Below are positions 12,442-25,617 of a DNA stretch of 64,000 nt, piece by piece. This DNA comes from Takakia lepidozioides. Its lineage: Eukaryota; Plantae; Bryophyta. Position 1 is the stretch's first letter. Each line of letters opens with the position of its first letter. Made by a program: the position numbers and the translations under genes. The notes under the pieces are model-generated. The model did not search any database. It was not told where the DNA came from and was given only the letters and a program-made list of their open reading frames with translations. The DNA is taken from positions 31,372,001 through 31,436,000 of the forward strand of contig CM060733.1 of NCBI GenBank assembly GCA_030704615.1, in the 5' to 3' direction.

Positions 12442-12782
12442 GTATTCAGTATAACTCACGCATTCGTGTACAAACCAGTGTAGACGAAATAACTCCAATT
12501 CGTTCGGTAGTCAGTATATTTCCATCAGCCGGCCGGTGGGAGCGAGAAGTGTGGGATATGTTTGGTGTGTATTTTTCCAATCATCCTGATTTACGCCGTA
12601 TATCAACAGATTATGGTTTTGAGGGTCATCCATTACGAAAAGACCTTCTTTCAAGTGGATATGTGGAAGTACGTTATGATGATTCAGAGAAACGTGTGGT
12701 TTCTGAACCTATCGAGATGACTCAAGAATTTCGCTATTTTGATTTCGCTAGTCCTTGGGAACAAAAGTCGCGTAGTGAGTGA
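12442..12782 (+). pseudogene. nad9: nad9 exon 2, NUMT copy 4
   Basis: Same motifs. Confidence 0.92.
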
Positions 12783-13183
12783 CAAATCGAATGGAAAGTA
12801 AGCAAAAAATGCTTACAGCCATCTCGAGAATATGCAATTCCGTAGTAATTGCATGCTTGGCTCGGTTCTGCGGCAAGCCGAATAATCCGCTTTGCCTGTT
12901 CGAACCAACCCCGGTCTTTCCAAGCCGAAACAGCGGGAGTGTTGACCCTTCGTGAAAACGCCGCGCTCGGGTGATGGGGGTTCGAGAGAAGAAAGTGGGC
13001 CTCCGCTACTTCATTGGCTTAACGAAGAAAGGTGGAGAGAAGAAAAAAAAAAATTTCTTGCTGCGCCAAAACATCCCCAAAATTTTTTTGGCTACGCCCT
13101 AAAAAATTCTTTTTTTTTCGCGTCTTCTCTTCCCCTTTCGTTTTATTGGCCTCAAGGAGCTCGGCCAACCCCCCCCCCCCCCC

Positions 13184-14374
13184 CAAAATGATCCTCAACC
13201 AGAATCCTTTAGAAGGAAGCATAATACAAAAGTTTCATCTAGTATGAATCTAGTGGTCTTTTCCTTATGTAGCTCAGAAAGAAAGAACACGCTGAGAGGT
13301 GCAAAGGAGAGGTTGAGGCAGTGCAACGTGCTGGAACGGGTAAGGCACTGGCCCCTACTTTAGCGGCTGCAGTTCAGCCTGGTCTTGCCCGGACGTTGCC
13401 TACCCAGGTTCTCTTCCACCTGTTAAATTGCAGATCCTATCTACCAGCCACTAGATTTGCATCGATAAGATTTCAGACATGCAGCTCATGTGACGGAGCG
13501 CTATAGTTGCAGATGAGATGTGGGTGCAGGAGATATGGAGCCCTGCAAGTTGGCGAAGTATTGCCGGGATCGACCCAAGGCCATGAGCGGGAAGTAGTGT
13601 CGGTACATGTGATATCGCAGCATGAATGCTCGGCTCATCTCTTTGCCCTGTTGCACCTACGAGCTGTTCGATCGCAGGTCCACATTACCACCTCCTGCAT
13701 ACCCAGGAAATCCTGTGCCTGTGAAGTATTCCTCGTGCCATGAGCCCTCGCTAGTTTGTGTGCGCACAAGATAGTCCACTCCGTTTCTGATCGGTTGAAG
13801 ATAAGCGGCTGAGCCTTGAGCCAGTAAAGCCATCAGTGCCCACCCGGTTTGTGACGGAGTGCTGGGACCCACGCCGCGCAAGGTTTGGTCAACGTAAGAA
13901 GCACAAGATTCACCCCATCCGCCGTCTTCGTTTTGGTGGGCCACCAGCCAGCTGCAAGCTTTCCGCACATACGGGGATTCCATGCTCTCGCCGACGGCTT
14001 CCAGTGCGGGCAACACGCAGCCGACGCCGTAGATGTGGTTCACACCCCACCGACCAAACCAGCTGCCATCTTGCTCTTGCTCCGCTCGGATGTATTTCAC
14101 AGCACCGGCAACCAAGGGGTCCTTCATGGTGCGTCCCAACATACCAAGAGCTTGCACAACATGCGCCGTCACGTCCACTGACGGCGGGTCAAGAACCTCC
14201 CCGAAATCGCAGAATGGGAGCATGCATAGCAACTGGTTGATGTTGTCTTTGTCGAACGCGGCCCATGCACCGTTGCTACACACCATGCCAGTGATCCAAC
14301 CAAGAGCCCGCTCCAAGGCCATCGTTACCCGTTTCACGTCAGGGTAGGAGGCCGCAGTGCCCAGCACGATTATC
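13184..14374 (-). pseudogene. shc: Inverted, 5'-truncated SHC duplicate with premature stop, including ~320 bp of 3' flank
   Basis: Reads IIVLG...GWITGMVCSNGAWAAFDKDN...PFCDFGEVLDPPSVDVTAHVV... and starts just after where the DxDD catalytic motif should be. CAG>TAG stop at 13657-13659. Confidence 0.9.
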
Positions 14375-17300
14375 GTATAAACGCAAATCGGATGCTTCGA
14401 TGCATGAGAGTTAGTCCTCACAAAACACTTTAGCTAACCATCATAACCCCACTTCTATGTTAGTGGATACATTCTACTTCACACCAAGCTGATTCTCGTG
14501 CTCACTTCAGAATGATAATAATCTCCATGCTTTATTACAAGCAGAAACATAAGCTAGTACCAAAAGTCTGAGAGAGATGACTATGCGCAACCACTTGTCT
14601 TATATCTGGTATGATGACTTGGTCTTATCTACGCCACCACTCCACATGATTATTTAATAACTAGACCCCAAAACTTAATCAGCTGCAACCTTAGGCTTGA
14701 AGACTTAGTGACCACCGGGTATTATTCCTCTCTGTGCCACAGGCTTGATTGTTGCTAAATACATCTTAAGGCGACGTGTACCTCCTTCTATCCACCCTTT
14801 TTCTTAGTGCCACCTAATATTATTGTGGCCACTTTACCCACTAAATCACCGCTAAGTCCTTTGTCTTATTTCTGCAGTATCATCCCCATGTGATGAAGAA
14901 TCAACTTTTTCATTGGTGCTTTCATCGCCCTGTCATCCTGCTAGCTCGTCATCCATCCACTAATGCCAATTAGTGATCTCACCCCTATTTGTCATCCAAT
15001 TTTCTCACCGTCCATCCGCTGATGAAAATTTGTCAATTTCATCCTGTTAACTCCAATGATAAATTGCGATTTCGTCCAACTAGCCCGCCATCATTCCTTA
15101 AGCACAAAACCCCAATTTCCTTGTCTTGCCCATGGGGTTCTCCCGTGTTTCACTCATTACCTCCTTTTGACTCATAGATGTAAGTACTCCCTTCTTTGGC
15201 TAGCTGGCCCTCCAGCCAACGCTTCACTCAAATATGCAGGTGCTTCACGTCTCGCCTCGCTCTGTTTCATCGCTTTTATGCTGCGTCTTCCAGAATGCAT
15301 ACTCGTTCGTCTTCCTTCTTGGTACGGTCAGTGTGCTTGTCTATATAGCCTTGAAAGGAGTATGGACCTTCCCAAGATGTCTCCATGTTCTTCTTTTTGC
15401 CAGGCTTGAGCACCATCACCAATGCGCCTTCCTTCAGCTCAGTGAGTGCTTTCCCTCTTGATTTCCTGGTTGCATAAGCTTTCTGCTGTGCCCTTTGTGC
15501 TACATCAACATTCTCTCTCAATGTGCCCTCTAGCTCTTGTATGAATGTCATCTTCTCCTCAATCATTCTGTGCATTGCTCCATTAATTCGGAAATTTGCC
15601 GAAATTTGTTGTCTGCTCCCAACCTCATCGCTTGTCCTGTCATCACCATGTATGGTGAAAAATTGGTTGAGGCCTGTATGCCCACTCTGTACCCAAACGT
15701 CGCCTTGTAAAGGGCTCTGTCCCACTCTTTGTTTCCCTATGTACTTAGTGTGATCATGCTTTCCTTGAGTGATCGAATTAATCTCTCCACCATCCCGTTG
15801 CACTGAGGCCAATAAGGGGCTGATCTCTCATGTTTGACCCCAAACTTCTTGCAGGTGACTTCGAAATCTTTCGTCCACTCCGACCCGTGGTCTGTGAGCA
15901 CCAAATTTGGTACCCCGTAGTGGTACATGACCTGTTCTTCAAAGAAGCAAGCTGCCAATTTTGAGGTATGATCTGCTACTGCACTCACCTCTATCCACTT
16001 TGAAAAATGATCCACTGCGATTAACGCGTATTTATTGCCTTCACTCGAAACTGGCAGTGGCCCTGCTATGTCCAATGTGATTCTATAGAATATATCCTTG
16101 ATCGGTATGCTTTGTAGTTCTTTTGTCCCTGATCGTAATGGTGTGGGGTTCTTCGCGATTTGGCATTTGAAGCATGTGCGTAGCATCTGTCTGATGGTGT
16201 GGGTGAGGTTATGCTAAAAGAAACGTTTGCAGACCTCCATCTGCACCCTCTTGACCCCATAGTGTCCAATTTCTTCATGTATCCCTCAAATTATATTCTC
16301 TCTTATACTCTTGCCAGGTACCCACTTGTCGTTGAACATGAGCTTCCCTGCCACCAACTGATATCCTGCTGTTCTTTTCATGATTCGCTTGATCTCACCA
16401 TCATCCAGGTAATCGCTTGGCTGTCCAAATGTGATCAGATGCATTGCTTGTATGTCATCCAGTATGTCCGCACTTCTTTCTTCTCTCCGCTCTCCAATGT
16501 CATCACACTCCCACTGTTCTTGTTCTGTGTCTGCTGCTTGTAGTAAACTTACTTACATCTCTCTTGTAATAGGGCTCCTCTTTTTGCTCACTGCAATGGC
16601 CAGCAACTCGTCTTCTTCCTGTGACTGTATCTCCTCTCCCGCTTCATCGTTGTATTTGGACTCCAAGGAGTATTCTTTGCCCCTGCCCCCATTCTTCATT
16701 GGTGTCATCATGATCATCCCTTCCACTGATTTGTTCCTGCTCCTGCCTGTAATTCTCATTGTCTGTTTCCTGCCCATGTTCACTTTCTTCCTTGTTTTGT
16801 TCTCCATCTTGGTCTTGTGCTTCCATCCCCTGACTCCTTGTCATCACCATGTTTATTCTAGGTGTATCATCCCCCATCCTAATGTCAAGCAACCTCTACA
16901 ACACTTGGTTTTCGTCCATTCGGGTCTGGCATTGTTCCCCTTGGTGGTTTGGACTACAATACCAGCAGGCCCTTCGCTGATCTGGATTCTTTGGTCTGAC
17001 AGGGTTTGGCTCTTCTTTTGGAGCTTCATTACTGCTGCATATCCCTCGCTGTGGCTTCCTCCACATGCCGTTTACCTTGGCAAGTTTCCACCCATCCGGC
17101 TGTCCATCACCTTCTTCTCCTTCCATTTGAACTACCCACTTCAGCCCTGTTGGATCGGGTCTCTCCTCATCAACCCATTCCCAACATTGTAGTTTCACTG
17201 TTTCCCTTCACATTTGTTGCTCTTGGTGCTTGTTGGCTGATCGAGGCAGCTCTCCTTTTTGCAGTTCAAGTTCTCTTCCATCTCCCCACTCTGTAAAAAT

Positions 17301-20300
17301 TCCAGTTCTCCGTTGACACCTTGGTGGTTGTATGCTCACATGGGTTTCTCCTGTCTTGTTGTTATCATGACTGTCTGTCCTGGCTTTGTCTGTAACCTCA
17401 CTTTGCTGCATATCTATTGTATGCATATTCAATCCTTTCTCACTGGACATCCTTACTGAGCCTGAAAAAAACTGAGTACTCTGACTTTCTTCCCTCAATT
17501 CTCTTACAATCAATCCCTCTAATTGGTGCCATCCTTTCTCTCTTGGCTTCATGGTGGTCACATCAGCTAAATCATCCAACTCTACATCTTTCCCTTTATG
17601 CCCATGCTGACCTATTTCAGCTGCATTCTTGACTATCTCCCCACTGCTTGTTCCTTCTTCACACAGTTGCCTTTCAGTGTTTGATTGTTGTCTGCCTTGT
17701 TGGATTGCAGGAGTTATTTACTGTTGATCCATTTCTTCATTCAATTTCGTCTGTAATCTGTTGTTGCTGAATTGTTTGTGTCCAGGCGCTCTGGCTTGCT
17801 CATTCCCACTGCTGTCTTTGACCATCAACAATGCTAGGTCATGCGTCCCCATTTTGTTGTAATCACTGCTACTTCCCTTCATTGTGGTTGCACGTTCCAT
17901 CTCCTGCTGATCTTCCCTTGTTTTTGGCTTTTGTTGACACCCCACATTTTTACTTTCACCACTTCTCTCTCTTGCACTACTCTACCCTGTTCTTGCTGAT
18001 GGTGTCTTTGTTTGTGTGACAACGGGTTGGTACTTTTCCTGTCCAGCCTCTTCCCATCGATGGCTGCCTCTCCCACTCTCTTCTTCCTGCAGATAAGGTG
18101 GGTCTAGCTTTGTTGTCTCATCTCCTTTAGTGCCTTTGTTGTTTGGTGTTTCTGCCTCATCATCACTTGCATTGGCTGCTTTCCCGTTGTTCGCCCTTTC
18201 CATACATATCTGTTTTCCATTTTCTAATTGGTGTGTCTTTTCTTTAATTGCAGGGCTTGTTCGCTGCTCAATCTCTTCTGCATTCAATCCTCCCTTTGGA
18301 TTACTGCTCTTGTACTTCAACTGCCCCAAGGCTGTGGTGCACACATTCTTGTTGTTCTCATATAGTCTGAAAAAAGATACATCTCCCACTTTTCTTCCTT
18401 GATAGTGTTGCTGCTTATCTTCATGTTGTATGCAAGCTCCAAGCAATGCTCGTCCTGCCTTGATCCCACTTTCTCAACACCCATGCCAACTGCACTTCCA
18501 TGATTCACCTCCGTCTCCTCTGATTGTTCCATGCTTAATGATCGTGTCTGTCTTGTTACATTTGCAGGGCTGGTCTCCTGTTCAGCTCTATTCACTTGCA
18601 CATCCTCCTGTCGTAGCCCCTTTTCTTGCAACCCCCAAAGAGATAAGTCTGCCCTCTCTGTCTTACTCCCTAATTTCCCTTCATCAGTGCCTTCAAGTGT
18701 CCTCTTGGAACCTCTCATGCCCTCAATTTGGATTAGATCTTCTCGTTGTGCTTGGTCTGCAGTACTGAGTGGCAGTCTATACTTATAGTTGTAATCACTT
18801 TCAGTTTTCTGTCCCACAATGTTGACCCCAGGTAGTAATTCAAACCTGACCCTCTTCTGCTTCAGTTTCCTTTCAGTTATTTTGCATGCAGTTGGAACGA
18901 CATCTTCTACTGTTTCCTTGATGACCTCAAAGTCAAACCCAGTGGTCAAGTCGGTGCCCTTAATATTTCCCAGTTGTCTCCACTCAAGCGGATTTAGACT
19001 TGTTCTAACCTTGAAGGCTACCAAAGTTAGTTCCCTCTTGAACTGCCACAGGGCCAAAACAAAGAGATAGTAATGTACCTCACTCATCTTTGATTTATCC
19101 TCACTGACTTTCCCCTCATGTACCCCCATGACAGTGCTATCAGTCCCTTCAAATGGATCTGCGTGGCACGAGCAGTTCTTGCACTCAATGTGATCTGATC
19201 TCCAATTCCAGATGAGTGTTATTTCCTACCCCTCCCTCTTCAACTCTTTTGCTACAGTCAGTAGTGAAAATTTCAGGGTCACTCTTGTCATCTTTGCTGT
19301 CTACCGGAAACCTGCTTAGTGCCTATATTCCCATGTTTCATACCTAGCCTATGCTGGATTTTGAAGTCAAAATCTTGCAGCATCATAATCCACCTTCCAC
19401 GTCTTCCATAGGCAACACTGATAGTAGCCAGCCATTCTAATGGCTGTGCGCACAACGAATGATGTACCATACAAAGTACTGACGGAAGTGAATGATGTCC
19501 CAAACTAGGGCATAGCATTCACCCTCCATAGGATGATAGTTTTTTTGGACTTTTGACAAAACTTTGCTTGCATAGGCTATGACATGTTCCTTTCTACCTT
19601 CCTTCTGTGACAGAATTGCCCCAACCCCTTTCTTGGACCAATCCACATCCAAAATAAAAGGTTTAGAGAAGTCAGGTCTTATCAGTATCGGTGCCTGCAA
19701 CATCTTCAATTTCAAAGCCTCAAATGCGTTATGTGCTTGGTGATTCCATGAGAATGCTTGGTCCTTCTTTGTAAGATCAAACAAAGGTACTGCCGTGTGC
19801 GCATACTCTTTCACATAGGGCCTGTAATATGTTGTCAGCCCCAGATAGCTTTTCACAGCAGTTACACTCCTTGGAATGGGAAATTCCTGAATGGCTTGCA
19901 CTTTTCGAGGGTCAGGCCTCACCCCTTTTCGACTCACAACATGTCCCAAGAAAGCTAGCTTCATTGCCAAACTCACATTTGTCAGGATTCAACCTGAGAT
20001 TGTAATCTCGTATCCTTTGTAACACCCCCATGATGTGATTGACATGGCTGTCCCAGCAAGGACTATGTATATTAATGTCATCCACAAAGACTTTGACATG
20101 GTCCTTGATCTCTTGTGATAACATCATGTTCATGGTTTGCTGAAATGTTGCAGTGGCGTTCTTCAACCCAAAGGGCATAACTAGCCATTCATACAGCCCC
20201 CTCTTTGCAGTCTTTTTAACATCTCCTCTCTCATCTTTATTTGCCAGAACCCACTCTGCAGATCTACTGTAGTGAACCATTGGGACTTTCCTAGTTGCTG

Positions 20301-21730
20301 AAGTACATCTTGTACCAACGGCATTGGGTAGGAATCTTGCCTGGTTTGCGCATTCAAAGGCCTAAAATCCCCGCAAAACCGCTTACTACCATCCTTCTTT
20401 GGTGCAACAGTGACTGGGCATGAATATTCCGATGAGCTCTCTCTCATCTTGCCTTGTTGAATTAGAATGTCAATCTGTTTCTGCACCTCTCCTTCTTCCC
20501 ATTCTGACAGACGGCTTGGCTGACTTCGGTAGGGTGGAAAGCCTTGCTTGTCAATGGAGTGTTCAGCTTTGGTGCAGATTCCTAGATCAGCTTTAGTTAG
20601 AGCAAATGCTGCCTGATTTTCCTTTATGATCTCCAGCAGCTGATCCCTTTGCTCTAAACTTAGTCTTGGATTGATTTGTAGCCTCCTTTTCAGCTGACTC
20701 CAGCGATCATCCTCATAGCTTGGTGTAGTATGTGTCATCTGGTGTGCTCTCTAGATGTTTTACTGCCATGAATATCCTTTGGGTTTCTTGTTCCTGGTGC
20801 CTCACAATCTTTTCCCAGTCCAGATAATCATCATCTGAGTCGATCTCATCCAGCATTTCAGCTACATAAGCATGTACATAGGTCCTCTCATCAACATCTG
20901 AGCTATAGCATCATAGGCCTCTGTCTCTATTCGCTCCATTGAGCCATCGTCAGCCAGTTCTTCTTCTGCAGATGTGAGTTTGTCAATGAACTCTTCGATT
21001 TCTGACACCAGTAACATCATCTGGATCCTCTTGCTGCTCATTATCATCTGAAGTGCTGCCTTTGTCCTCTTCATCCTGTGAACTGCTCTCACCCTCTTCA
21101 TACTGTGGGATCACAGTGGTCATTGTTCCGTGATTAGATAATGAAATTGAATTGATCTCAGCAGCTTCATCCTCATGAGGTTCTACCCTGAGATGTTCAC
21201 AAAATTCTTGGAATCTGGTTAGGCCCATGTCAACCTGATTTACCGTGTGTAATGGAAAGAACTCCACATCATCCCCAGGCCCATACTTCACTCTCAAGGT
21301 TTCTGTTTCTGTATCCATCGCTGCACCAAACTTCTTTAGAAAATCCAATCCCAGCAGCATGTTGTAACTGTCCGTATTAACCACCATAAAGGATACCTTG
21401 TTCGTTAGCTTCCTCACAGTGATGTGCACGTCATCCAACCTACCCATGGCAGTTTCCACTGCTCCCGAAGCCACCCTATATGACATTTCCTTCTCAATGA
21501 TGACTGACTTCATCAATCCAAGATCACGAACCGTGCTTGCTGCCATAACAGAAACATGGCTCCAGTATCAACTTGTCCCATGACCTGATAGTCTCCAACA
21601 GTCACCAATACATGTAGTGCTCTCACTCTACCATTGTAAGCATATGAGATTGTTGTGGAACCCTTCTTTCCTATTCTTTGCACCAATTGTGCTGATCTAG
21701 TTCCAGCCTGATCCAGTTCTCCAAATTAGC
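14375..21730 (-). mobile_element. Decayed Ty3/gypsy retrotransposon fragment (PR-RT-RH-long spacer-INT; gag and 5' LTR missing)
   Basis: Protease GQVDTGA (~21560-21580) and LLGLDFL. RT KKDGSKRFCGDFRPLN, MPFGLKNATATFQ, FVDDI (19912-20738). RNaseH FILDVDWS, IAYASK (19288-19976). Integrase LDIAGPLP, VDHFSKW, TDHGSE, PQCNGMVER, WEGPY (15276-16278). Many stops and frameshifts. The left boundary is uncertain. Confidence 0.85.
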
Positions 21731-21980
21731 TGGAGCTCCGATAAAACAGGGTGAATTTGGTGTTGGAGACGACCCCCCTGCAGGGAGACTTCTCTGGTTT
21801 TGGAGACTTGTATGCCGGGAAGAATTCTTGCCAATCACGAAGCTCTTCTTCTTCTTTTCGAATTCGCTCCTTGAAAGTGACTGGGCAAAACAATTTTTTA
21901 TATAACAAATGTCAGCTGAAATGTGGAACATTTGTAGAAAAAATGATAAGGTAAAGTGCAAGTGGAAGACACTTTCAAGA

Positions 21981-22709
21981 TCAAAACAACAAACAGTGCA
22001 ATAAGTACATACCAAGATAATCAGGTTCATTTTGTTGTGGGATCCAAATACGAGGATCAACATATCTTCCATACCAAGCCCAATAGGCGTGGTCGCGACC
22101 AATAGGCTTACGAGAACACTTGACAGGGTTCTCACTGATGTAATCTACGACTGTTGAAGTTGCAGCCATTTTCAATATATATGGCCACACAACTTTTGTC
22201 ATATCATCTTGGTCATCCAAGCCCTTTGGTAATGGCTTGTATGAAATAGGGAAGAATCCAATATTTGGTGGGTTACGGAGGCCTTTTGATGGCTCATCAT
22301 CGACAAGGAGTATTTGTCCCTGCATTGCAAAGGGTGTACCAGGGTACTTGGCAAGAACAGTGCAAATATCCTTAACAAGATATTTCATCCCAGGCATAAT
22401 GTAACCGGTAGTGTCTTTGCAATCCTCAGCTGACCAGATGAAGCAAAACTTCTTTGCAATTTTCGTGGGAACTAAGCACTCGAGCATCCTACAAAGAACA
22501 TCTCTTTCAGCACATGACCAAATCGCCACGTGAAAATGCATCAACGCAAGGTTGAGAAACTCCAAGACTCTGGGCCGGGGAACCACAAAAGGTTTGTCGG
22601 GAACATGAACTGTAACTTTCCTGAAACGACATCTCTCATTAAACAATTCACCACCGGTTGGAGGTGGCCGGTAGCAGAGGAGTCCGTTGACACTCAATAT
22701 TAACAACAT
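21981..22709 (-). pseudogene. FCP1/NIF-like HAD phosphatase domain (third in transcript order)
   Basis: LLILSVNGLL...VVPRPRVLEFL...FHVAIWSCA...FIWSAEDC...LVKD...ILLVDDEPSKGLRNP; the motif-I Asp is replaced by Ser. Confidence 0.75.
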
Positions 22710-23958
22710 CTGTTTCCTCTTCCCTGATGTGGCAGACGAAGGTTGATGGACAATGCCATCCTGCGCAATTTAAGGAAATAAATTTAAGTGTTCCCGCCGT
22801 CAGAAACAACACGATGTAGTGTTTCTTAGTTTCAGAGTGACCTCTACGTTTGTCGAGACATAAGTGTCCCGACAATGGACTACTGTAAAGGACCAAGAGT
22901 AGACGATATATCGAAGAGTTCAAGATCACGAAAAGATGAACGTCGGCTGTCAAGTGGAGGTTAGTGGACGCACCTTGTCGGGAGGCGTATTCAAGAAGTT
23001 CTGCGGCTCCATACTTGATTGTATAAAAATTACGGAGTTAGTTTGGGACCGTAAAACAAATTGCAAACGAAAGTGGAGAAATGGTTTTGAAATTTACCAT
23101 TGAAGGTTTCGCAGAGGAACAGTGGATTCTCGCGGGCTTGGATTGACGAGGCGCCACAACATCCGAGGGAGTCCTCATGTGTTTGGAGTCCGCTCTTTTT
23201 TTCTTGTCAGCCTTTTGTCCGTTGGAAAGATTTATTGCAGAGGAAGGAAATGGCTCGGGGGCTCTTTTTCGCCTCTTTGGTGCACAACATTGTTTGGGCT
23301 GTCCAACCCTCGTGCTGGGGAGATATGCGAGGAAGAGACAGAACAAGGTGCAGCGGAGCCGTAGCCGAGTCCCCGACGGTTGCCTTGCAGGTTGGATAGA
23401 CCAGACCCTGCGTACTGAACGGGGAGAGTGAGGAATGTTGGGAAAGGTCGATAAAGTTTTCGGGATATTTCTGTTCTTCACCTACACCCTGGACTTTAGA
23501 CCCAAGAGGACCCGAGAGGAGAAGAGTGTTGCCCGCTTCCCGAGATGAGAATGGTCTGACTAAGGATCCACCCTCAATTTGAGGACCATCGTGAACCCTC
23601 GGAAAGCCTTCAATACTCCGACTCACTGCTGATCCGGAGGGTTCTTTTAGGGGACTTGAGGAACTGATGAAGTCGTCAGCATCTCCTTGAACCTGCCAAA
23701 GAGACATAATCATAAATCCGGGAGTGCAGGAATGTGAACCTCCACTGAACAGTGGAGGTCACTAGATATAGTCATGTCCCAGTATGAAGGCATGTATCAA
23801 AGCTTTGGGATTGCCCGGAATGTGCGTCAAGAATTGAACTGAAAATGAGTGAAAATGAGGGTACCATATCTAACACGTGTGTGATTAAAAAGCAATGAAA
23901 ATCAGAAACCATGAAGATATTCAATTGCTCGAGTGAGATGGGATTGATCAAAAATAAT

Positions 23959-24686
23959 TTATTTTGAAGCATCAAATCTGAGACTCTTAAAACCGTTGTC
24001 CCCAATAAAATCCCAGAGTGGGCTAAACTTGGGATCGTTTGAAACATTGGGAAAAAGACTCAACCCTATCCTTTTCTTCCTAAGATAGCTTGAAACAGTG
24101 GGATGTTTCATCATTCCAAGCAAATAGGTCTGAAGAACCTTGAGAAGATAGCAACCATCAGTCTCCACGGTCTGGAAAGGTTTGAGAACAAGATATGAGT
24201 CGGGCGGGTTCAATACACACTTCATGGCGGTGTCGTCAATGAGCAGAGTGTTACTCTTGGTGTATAGTCTACCAAATCTCTGCCAGACCTTGACCAGTGG
24301 CTTCAAAAACAAATGAGGAGGGTCCAATCCTTATTTGAATTGAGGGTGAACCGAAGTAGGACATGAAATACAATCCTCTTGAGACATAACGAAGGTCGGT
24401 TGAGGGAGACCACGAAACAAAAAATCCAGGATGGGCTGCAAAATCTTGTACATCATAGAGCTCCAAATCCCTAACCGGAAGTGTTTGTGCAACTCTGTCC
24501 ACACTTCGCGATATTTCTCCCGTCTAAAGATAAATCGGAATCTGACAAGAACTGGAATTCTGTAGTCCGATTCTGAAAACCGGGGGACATTGTAGCTCTT
24601 CTGTTCAATATTTTGCACAAGACTCCATTCACGTCAAAAATAATCAAACGCAACCCTTGCGCAGGAGGAGAAACAGGTGCTCCAAT
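23959..24686 (-). pseudogene. FCP1/NIF-like HAD phosphatase domain (second), disrupted
   Basis: LRLIIFDVNGVLC...FRLGIWSSM...FVMSQEDC...FLKPL...NTLLIDDTAMKCVLNP, spread over ORFs 24471-24701, 24331-24618 and 23959-24327. Confidence 0.75.
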
Positions 24687-24807
24687 CTGCCAGAGAGTCA
24701 TTCATACTTAGGATGATAAAAAAAGAACAGTACAATGCATTGGAAAATCCGACACCAGGCAAGTGAACAAGAACGTCCACTGGACAGTCGAGGTTCACCA
24801 AACTCAA

Positions 24808-25617
24808 TTAAAATATTTTATGTCCCAATGCAACGGCACGCAACTCGTGATTGCTAAGGAACTTCTGCCACCTATAATCATAGTTTCTAAGAGTTTTGAC
24901 CGCTGGGTCGTCCTCGAAGAAATCCTTCGTAACACCGAACGGATGTAGCTCGTTGAATGGCAAGACATCCATCCCGGATAACCGGAACATGTTAAGGTAA
25001 GGCTTGAGCTCTTCCAGTAGGAACTTATCTCTGTCAGGGTCCACGTGCGCCTTATATTTTGGAAGGACGATGGTATGTCCTAACGGGTTCAAGTAGGACT
25101 TGTACATATTGTCTACAGTGTCGATGATGAGAGTATTGGATTTGTAAGCTGTCAGGTCTTCCTCAGCAAAAATGTTGTAAAGACGTTTAAAGTAGATGGG
25201 ATTTTTGGGAGCTTTAGGCCATTTTTCGCTGAATGTCGATCTATGCATGACGAAATTCTCACTGCTGTAAATTCTGACCTGAGAATAGTATTTCCTGAAC
25301 ATGGCCTTGGCGATAGTCTCGACGTTCATTTCAGGTCCCGTGTTCCAAAAACAAACGGCAAACTTTTTGATGGTCCACTTAACGAATTCGTCAAGACCGT
25401 TTCGGGTAGCTAACTTGAATTTCTCGGCGGAGATACAAGGCTAGGTGGCAGGAGGGGTTTTCTTTCCATCCTTTAAGTAAACCTCACAAAGGTAACCGAT
25501 GTCCAGAACTAGGACGTAGTATCCTGGCGGGCATCCGTTCGGTCCCCAAGGAAGGGAATGCAGATCGTTTGGATTGACAGAAATGGAATAGTCGACTGGA
25601 GGGTAATGCATGTTGTC
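24808..25617 (-). pseudogene. FCP1/NIF-like HAD phosphatase domain (first), divergent, in-frame stop at 25441
   Basis: VLVLDIGYL...RNGLDEFVKW...FAVCFWNT...YFKRL...NTLIIDT...KSYLNPLG...FLLEELKPYL. Confidence 0.6.

Larger units (their letters stand above)
5361..13183 (+). other. NUMT: ~3.4 head-to-tail copies of a ~2274-bp mitochondrial segment (nad9 intron 3' part, nad9 exon 2, spacer, atp1 5' part)
   Basis: nad9 ORFs recur at 5557, 7833, 10107, 12381 and atp1 ORFs at 6468, 8742, 11017. All atp1 copies share a frameshift. The flanks are nuclear-type sequence. Confidence 0.93.

Noticed and set aside
5361-13183. Genuine mitochondrial genome sequence, or a group II intron inserted in atp1
   Set aside because: atp1 is frameshifted and truncated, nad9 exon 1 is missing, and the junction lacks a GTGCG 5' intron start; it jumps into the middle of the maturase.
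1-14374. Bacterial origin of the window because of SHC
   Set aside because: Surrounding plant LTR/CACTA elements, spliceosomal introns and the NUMT indicate plant nuclear DNA.
14375-15170. 3' LTR of the left gypsy element starting at ~15152
   Set aside because: The purine tract is weak and there is no second copy in the window to confirm boundaries.
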